DNA of 42,684 nucleotides from a virus (Duplodnaviria; Heunggongvirae; Uroviricota; Caudoviricetes): IMG/VR virus record IMGVR_UViG_2529292907_000016; one strand, 5' to 3'. Shown piece by piece: positions 36,970 to 42,684 of this stretch (position 1 is its first letter; each line of letters starts with the position of its first letter). The notes under the pieces were generated by a model. It saw only the letters and a program-made list of their open reading frames with translations, ran no database searches and was not told where the DNA came from. The position numbers and the translations under genes were made by a program.

Positions 36970-37236
36970 TCACACCTCCCAGTAAACCGTGCAGCCGCTG
37001 ATGCGGGTGGCCTTCACACGGCGGCGCAGGCCGTTGGTCTGTATGGTGATTTCAATTTCACCGGTTCCCTGCACGTTGCCTACCGGCGGCGTGGTTTTCA
37101 GTGCAAAACGTTGCGGATAGCGCTTACTGCGTTCCAGTACCGCACCGGCAAGTTCGGTCAGACGGCGCGCGCTGTTCAGGGAGTCGAATAAATTCATTTT
37201 GTTACCGCAGGATTGCATATTCATATAACACCTCAT
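36970..37236 (-). CDS. Hypothetical early protein (88 aa)
   Basis: ORF in early operon. Confidence 0.4.
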   Translation of the reverse strand: MRCYMNMQSCGNKMNLFDSLNSARRLTELAGAVLERSKRYPQRFALKTTPPVGNVQGTGEIEITIQTNGLRRRVKATRISGCTVYWEV

Positions 37237-37464
37237 TTAGCTGACTTGTTTCGCACCAACAGAACGGCATATTCCGCTGTAAACTTCTGTCGCACCTTCG
37301 CGATCAAGTCCGGCAGATATCACCATTCGTGTGCGGTCATTAAATTCAAAAAGTAAATCGCCACATGCTTTATTTTCGGCCAGTGAAATCACCTTCACGT
37401 TATCGAAATTAACCAGGTAAAAGCGTCCGTAAATATCAGGAATATTAAATACCGCCATAATCAC
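37237..37464 (-). CDS. Small early protein in the position of Mu kil
   Basis: 75-aa ORF immediately after B; positional analogy only. Confidence 0.35.
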   Translation of the reverse strand: MIMAVFNIPDIYGRFYLVNFDNVKVISLAENKACGDLLFEFNDRTRMVISAGLDREGATEVYSGICRSVGAKQVS

Positions 37465-38393
37465 ACCTGTGAGAGTAATTCAGGGTTGGTATAAACCTCT
37501 TTAAAGGCCGCATTAATATGTTTTTCTGTCAGCGCCGCGCCTTCACCGCTGGCGGTGAGCCACGCCTGGTTAAGCGTATGTGTCAGAACACGTAATGCTC
37601 CCGGCTTTTCAGCGATAGCCTGCATGACGGCCAGCTCGGCCTCACCACTGATACCCCATGCCCTGGCAATGGCCAGCACATCCGCCTTTTTGGCCTTGCG
37701 AAGTTGTTTTGTACGGGCAAGACGGCTGAACAGGCGCGATAAATCATCAAAGGCGCGGCGTCCACCTTTAAACAATCCGCGCGGGTTACCAATAAGCACC
37801 ATCCCGATCCCCGTGGCGTCCTGAATTGCCCGGAGTTGCTCCAGACCGTCAATACCAAGATGATCCGCCTCATCCACAATCACCAGTCCACGCGTTCCCG
37901 TCAGGCGACGGCGGATGGCGCGGGATAATGCCCCTTTGTTCGCGCGGGTGTAATCAATCCCCAGCGCATCGGCCAGCTCCAGCAGACACTCCGTGACGCT
38001 GGAGTGCGCGGGTGACAGGGTGATCATCCAGGTGTTTGGTTGCTCCTGGCAGTAATTACGGGCAGTGGCCGTTTTACCCACACCCGGTACGCCCACAATA
38101 ACGTTAATACAGCCCATCAGGCGAACCGCCTGAAACAGTGCGCGCAGCTCCTGGACTGTCTGAGTTTCCACAAACTGCGGCGGTTCCGGCAGTGCGCTTT
38201 GTTTATTCCAGTTCTCATACCAGGAGCGCAGGGAAGCAGCCACAGCGGCGTTATCGCCTTTATATTTCCCCTTGCGGAAAGCCGATAATGTGCCGTCGGA
38301 AATTCCCGCCTCTCTGGCGATGGCATACTGCGTCAGCACGCCGCCATCAATAAGTTCATCAATGGTCTTGATTACATCGTTTATATCGGTCAT
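37461..38393 (-). CDS. B: MuB-like AAA+ target DNA activator
   Basis: Walker A GVPGVGKT, Walker B VIVDEADHL; N-terminal HTH; directly after A. Confidence 0.8.
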   Translation of the reverse strand: MTDINDVIKTIDELIDGGVLTQYAIAREAGISDGTLSAFRKGKYKGDNAAVAASLRSWYENWNKQSALPEPPQFVETQTVQELRALFQAVRLMGCINVIVGVPGVGKTATARNYCQEQPNTWMITLSPAHSSVTECLLELADALGIDYTRANKGALSRAIRRRLTGTRGLVIVDEADHLGIDGLEQLRAIQDATGIGMVLIGNPRGLFKGGRRAFDDLSRLFSRLARTKQLRKAKKADVLAIARAWGISGEAELAVMQAIAEKPGALRVLTHTLNQAWLTASGEGAALTEKHINAAFKEVYTNPELLSQV

Positions 38394-38467
38394 ATTATTA
38401 CCTCGCGTTTGTGTAGTTCCTTTGTTTAATCAAATAACCTGAGTCGCCGCTCGGGTTATTTTTTATT

Positions 38468-40576
38468 TCAGGCCAGAGGGTCATTTTCTTTTAATTTCGC
38501 TTCGAGCAACTGCAATCCCCGCTGGAAATTACGCTCGTATTCTTCATCAGGCTCATCATCAACGGCAGGTTGCTGAACGGTCACCGTATTACCCACAGGG
38601 CGGTATATGTTTTCCAGCCAGGGCTCCTGCGGCTTGTGCTCCAGCACGTTGACAACCTCATCCTCGGCATCACGGATTTTTTCCTCTGCGCGTTTACGCA
38701 TACCTTTAAGGCGTTGCTGCTGTTTGTAGTATTCCGCGCTGACCGGGAAGGCTTCGCGTTTATTGCCGTCCCATACCGCCTCGCAAATCACGCTGCCATC
38801 CGGGCGACGTACGGTAATTCGTTCGGCATCATGAATGTCATAGCTGATAAGCACCTTGCGGCCATGCTCATCACTCAGCTCGGGCGCGTAGTAAATATTA
38901 TTCAGCCAGCGTATTTCACAGCGTCTTACAGGGCGTTCCACCATTGGCCGGAACATATCCCGCAGCTCAACATCGGACAGCCATTCAATTTCCGTGTCCT
39001 CTTCTGCCAGGCGTTTTTTTCTGAACTCCGCCGGGCTGTAATGCTTCCCGTTCGGCTTCATGGGTAATTCATCGTGCGGCCGGTTGTTGTACCACTCAAC
39101 GCCATCACGAATGGCATCAATCAGTTCAGACTAGGACGGTAAATCACGCATCGCTGACTGTTGCCGGGCGTTCAGCCGTTTGCCCTGTTGCAGGGCGGTA
39201 AATGCCGAGCGTAAATCGCGGTTGGTTTTGCGTAACGTCTCGCGATCTGCACCTTTCCCGAAATAGGTGCGGTATTTACGGGCTATACGCATCGGTAACG
39301 TGCGGTTAAGCCGTTCGATAATGCCCCGTCCCTGCGGGTTACCGGCAATCCCGGTTGGGTGATTAATCCCCAGTCGCGGCAGGAGCCCCACAACTTCCTT
39401 ATCCAGGATGTCGGCGGTTTCCCCGGAACCGTTATCCGAGTAATACAGAAACGGTTTGCCGTGATTACGAATACCGTACTGTATGGCACCGGCTACGGCG
39501 AAAACATTTTCAGCCAGGTCAAGGCTCCAGCCCACCACAAAGCGCGTGCCACCGTCGATAACAAAGGTCACTTCCGGTGCAAATGGCCGCCCGTGAACCG
39601 GGTGCCTGCATTTCAGCTTCATGCCGTGACCGTCACCAATCCAGACATAATTCACCGGCATTCTGGACCAGTCGCGGCGCGTGAATCCCTCAAGCTGGCG
39701 GTATTCACTGCCGGTCACCCGGCCTTTTTGTTTCACCACTTCCGGCAGTTTCTTCATTGCGCGGCGGATGGTGTCGTAAGACGGCATGATATCGAGCATA
39801 TAAGGCTCATCAGCGTGCCGGTGCTGCCATTCAGCGACAAAATCCTCGTAAGCCTCGGTCATTGGTCGGCCGTTTGACTGGCGATACTGCGCCAGAAATT
39901 CGGGCAGCCAGTTAATATCTTCGGCTTTTATTTCCTGGCGCTTACCAGGTGCCAGCAAAAGCAGGCGTTCAGCGGCGTTCTGCGCCTTGTTAAAGGCTGC
40001 AATCCAGCGTTTCAGCGTGATTTCACTCAACGCACGGCTGTTTCCCTTTTTGGCGTTCGCCGTCTCAACCATTGCCACAATGCGCTCGTCCAGTTGCGAA
40101 CGTGCCAGGTTGTCAACGATAAACCGGATAGCCTTCGCACAGCTGAAACCAGGTTGTTGCGCGACTTTCAGAACTTCGCTGACGATCGCGATTCGTGCAT
40201 CAGCCACCTGGCGCTGGTTTTCAGTCAGGGCATTGAGGCGTTCGAGCATCAGTTGTGGTGATCCGCGATATGCCTCCACCGCATCAACCACGGCAGGTGA
40301 GCGCCTGGCCTTTGTCACTACCGGAGCCGGTGATTCATCGGCTTTTTGCGTCATCAGTTGCAGGGCATAGCGTTCGCGTACTGCCTGCTGAACAGTTAAA
40401 GGCAAAGCCCCTATTTCACACTCTAAAACTTTCCCTTTTACCCCTGGTTTTAGCCGCGTTTTCCACGCTTCCCTCTTTGCTTTTTTGTGCAGACCTGCCA
40501 AAGAACTAGGTAGGTCACTGAATGAAATCAATTCAGTCATTGCAACCCACATATTTCCTCCGCGCACGTCGTTCAT
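38468..40576 (-). pseudogene. A: MuA-like DDE transposase interrupted by an in-frame TAG (39131..39133); likely start at ATG ~40552
   Basis: ORFs 39131..40576 and 38468..39061 are in the same frame; the 23 codons between them are open and encode ...IDAIRDGVEWYNNRPH... of the integrase-like core. Confidence 0.75.
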
Positions 40577-40778
40577 ATCTAGTAGGCCAAATAACCTGTG
40601 GCTCTACACCTATAGCCCTAGCAATTATCTTTTCACCTTTAGGGTAGGGAACTCGCAAAGCATTACCCAAAGTCCTAGGCTGCAAATTATTTTCCCTTGA
40701 TAAACGTGACAAATTGGTATCGCGTTTTTCTAAGGCTGCCTTTATATCGGCGGAAGACCAATCTTCAATAAGACTCAC
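40533..40778 (-). CDS. ner: Ner-like DNA-binding regulator
   Basis: ...NALRVPYPKGEKIIARAIGVEPQVIWPTRYE resembles Ner/Nlp family; first gene of early operon, overlaps A start. Confidence 0.75.
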   Translation of the reverse strand: MSLIEDWSSADIKAALEKRDTNLSRLSRENNLQPRTLGNALRVPYPKGEKIIARAIGVEPQVIWPTRYERRARRKYVGCND

Positions 40779-40994
40779 AATGGCCCCCTGTGTACTTTCT
40801 ATGGCAAACTTTATTACTCATGTGTGCTACTCTATTGAGTTACTCACTAGTGTATGTTTGATATGTTAGATATTAACTTAGTAAATATCAACTGGTTAAT
40901 TTCAAATTTTTAAATTTGCTCTGTATCTATTTGTTTTTTATTGAGTTATTTTTGAAATAAACCACATAAAGATATAAACAAAAGTTAATATCAA
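40779..40994. promoter_or_regulatory. Divergent early/repressor promoter and operator region
   Basis: AT-rich 216-bp gap between ner (-) and repressor (+). Confidence 0.5.
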
Positions 40995-41513
40995 ATGGAG
41001 TTTGATATGATCCTTGACCAAGAATGGATCCTTGCCAGTGACTTGTTGGGGGTTGGAGGTCTTCCTTCATCTCTGGCTGGGCTTCATAAACGAGCAAAAA
41101 ATGAAGGATGGGAAAAACGTTCGGTAACTACACCTGGTATCAGAGGGAGAGCATTTGCCTACCGTTTAAGCGACTTACCTGCACATGTTGTTTCCATCAT
41201 TACAGGTAGTGCAGAAATAAAACACCAGCCCCCTCAAAAGAACGGTGGCAATAGCGAGTTGCTCGAACTCATCGACACTTTGAGCCAAGAAGAGCAAGAA
41301 TTAGTTATTTACACCTTGAGAAGGAAAGGGGTAGAAAAATTGCTGGAATTCTGCAATCAAGAGAATCAAGAGTTGATCGCTTTAACAGGTATTCGACGCC
41401 TGGCAGCATTGAGCCTTAATAATTTATCAGATCAAAAGGTTAGAGAGATTTTCGAGGGAGATGAAACCAAGGATCATCATTTCAATTTAACCCATAAAGA
41501 AGCCAAAGCGTAA
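40995..41513 (+). CDS. c: Mu c-like repressor
   Basis: Shares N-terminal DNA-binding motif GLPSSLAGLHKRAK with transposase A N-terminus; divergent from ner. Confidence 0.7.
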   Translation: MEFDMILDQEWILASDLLGVGGLPSSLAGLHKRAKNEGWEKRSVTTPGIRGRAFAYRLSDLPAHVVSIITGSAEIKHQPPQKNGGNSELLELIDTLSQEEQELVIYTLRRKGVEKLLEFCNQENQELIALTGIRRLAALSLNNLSDQKVREIFEGDETKDHHFNLTHKEAKA

Positions 41514-41639
41514 CCCCATGAAGCCCAGGCCATGCACTTAGCGAGCACTTTCAACTTGATTTGTGACCAGATCGATATTGATATAAACTTTTTAGCATAA
41601 AAGACATTTTAAGTACTTTTAAAAACGTCCATAAGCAGT

Positions 41640-41818
41640 ATGTGCAGTATCAAATTTGTTGCCGATACCTTAATTTTATACCGGATTTTATTTAATCAGT
41701 ATCAAAACTAAACAACCTCCAGAATCATCGATCACCTGTTTTATTTCAGTATCTTACAGGTGATTTCACCTCCTTTCACTAAAACCCTTGTCGGTATCAA
41801 ATGATTTACCTGGTTACA
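41640..41818. other. Prophage left end with repeated TTTGATAC(C/T)G motifs (candidate transposase binding sites) and 5'-TG terminus
   Basis: Motif copies at ~41645, ~41698, ~41791 plus inverted partial copy ~41661; terminus TGTAACC... on the - strand; host ORF continues from ~41819. Confidence 0.45.
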
Positions 41819-42684
41819 CTCCAGTTACATCAACAGTGAGTGCATTCGCGCTAACCTGGCCAAAGCTCCAGAGGCCGTGAGCATTATCGCCATTGGTTTT
41901 AATGGTACTGTTTGTTCCGAGATCGACAACAGAGTTTTTCTGTACGTTTATCCCCATGGCGCTGTAGCCCTGAACATCGATTGTCAGGTCTGTAGCCGTA
42001 AAACGCGCAGCACCATTGGCGTTATTGCCGTTGAGACCACCGATATAAACACCTGTACTTCCATCGGTCGTGATTTTACTTCCGCTTCCAAGATCGACAC
42101 TGGTGCCATAGTCATTGATGGTTAGGCCTATACCGTTCGAGTTTTCAATGGTGAATTGAGTGGCTGTTAGTGTTGAGCTATGCCCAATAATGATGCCGTC
42201 ATCGTTACTCTTAATGGTGCTGCCTGTGCCTAAGTCAGCATGGGTATAGTCACCAATTAAGTTAATGCCGATGGCAGAGGTTTGACCAACAACATCTACT
42301 GTGAGTCGGTTAGCTGTCAGGGAGCTGTTTTTGCCCTGAATAATGATTCCTTTTGCATATCCAGAGGCGTCGTTGACATTGACGGTGACATCATTACCCA
42401 GGTTGATATTGCCAGGCGTGTTTCCTGCTGGGGTCATTACACCATAGAGGTTTCCTGATGGATCGGCGGTATCTCCTGTAATTCTGTCACCATCATTAAT
42501 AGTAATATTGGTGCCATATTGACTTCCTGTATCAGCAGCTATCAGCAGCTATCAGCAGGGGGGAAAAGATAATTGCATTCAAACCAATAGCGCCAAATTT
42601 TATCAGTTGAATTGAGGGCGAACGGATTTTTAATTCAGCGAGACGATCTGCTTTGGTATTCCCATTGTGTTGTTTGATGCCCAT
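41814..42684 (-). pseudogene. Host autotransporter/adhesin-like gene fragment (N-terminal part), truncated by the prophage and frameshifted
   Basis: ATG at window end encodes signal-peptide-like MGIKQHNGNTKADRLAELKIRSPSIQLIKFGAIGLNAIIFSPLLIAAD; downstream Gly/Thr/Asn-rich beta-helix-like repeats; ORF stops inside the phage terminus. Confidence 0.55.
42531..42560. repeat. 10-bp tandem repeat ATCAGCAGCT x3 (last copy partial match) in the autotransporter 5' region
   Basis: Three consecutive copies; two copies would put the signal peptide in frame with the passenger domain. Confidence 0.7.

Larger units (their letters stand above)
1..41818. mobile_element. Mu-like transposable prophage, partial (right end beyond window start); phage left-to-right runs on the - strand
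   Basis: Mu-type synteny c/ner/A/B/gam/gemA/Mor-C/lys/terminase/portal/head/tail/baseplate/S-invertible segment/gin/com-mom; repressor and transposase share an N-terminal DNA-binding motif (LPSSLAGLHK); host ORF reads into a 5'-TG phage terminus near 41818. Confidence 0.85.

Noticed and set aside
1-42684. CRISPR array
   Set aside because: No regularly spaced direct repeats of 25-40 bp; the only tandem repeats are the short ones listed.

Overview
The window is almost entirely a Mu-like transposable prophage, lying right-to-left on the + strand, with its left end at about 41818 inside a host autotransporter-like gene and its right end beyond position 1. From high to low coordinates the Mu-type order is recognisable: repressor c (+), operator region, ner, transposase A, B, a semi-essential early region with gam, gemA, one Mor/C activator, SAR endolysin with Rz/Rz1, terminase, portal, head genes, tail and baseplate genes, tail fibre with a Gin-invertible segment, gin, a cargo block, then com/mom. 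The prophage looks damaged: A has an in-frame TAG, the tail sheath gene is frameshifted in a T5 run, and an IS66-family element with 8-bp target duplications sits in the last codons of the baseplate spike gene. Accessory content includes a SASA-type (NanS-like) esterase with small genes between gin and com, two low-GC islands, and several unassigned early genes. I could not assign any known defence system from sequence alone; the unassigned early block and the cargo regions are the places to look. Product names rest on recalled motifs and Mu synteny, not database searches. Coordinates of features I derived by hand (sites, repeats, element ends) may be off by 1-2 bp; CDS coordinates follow the ORF track.
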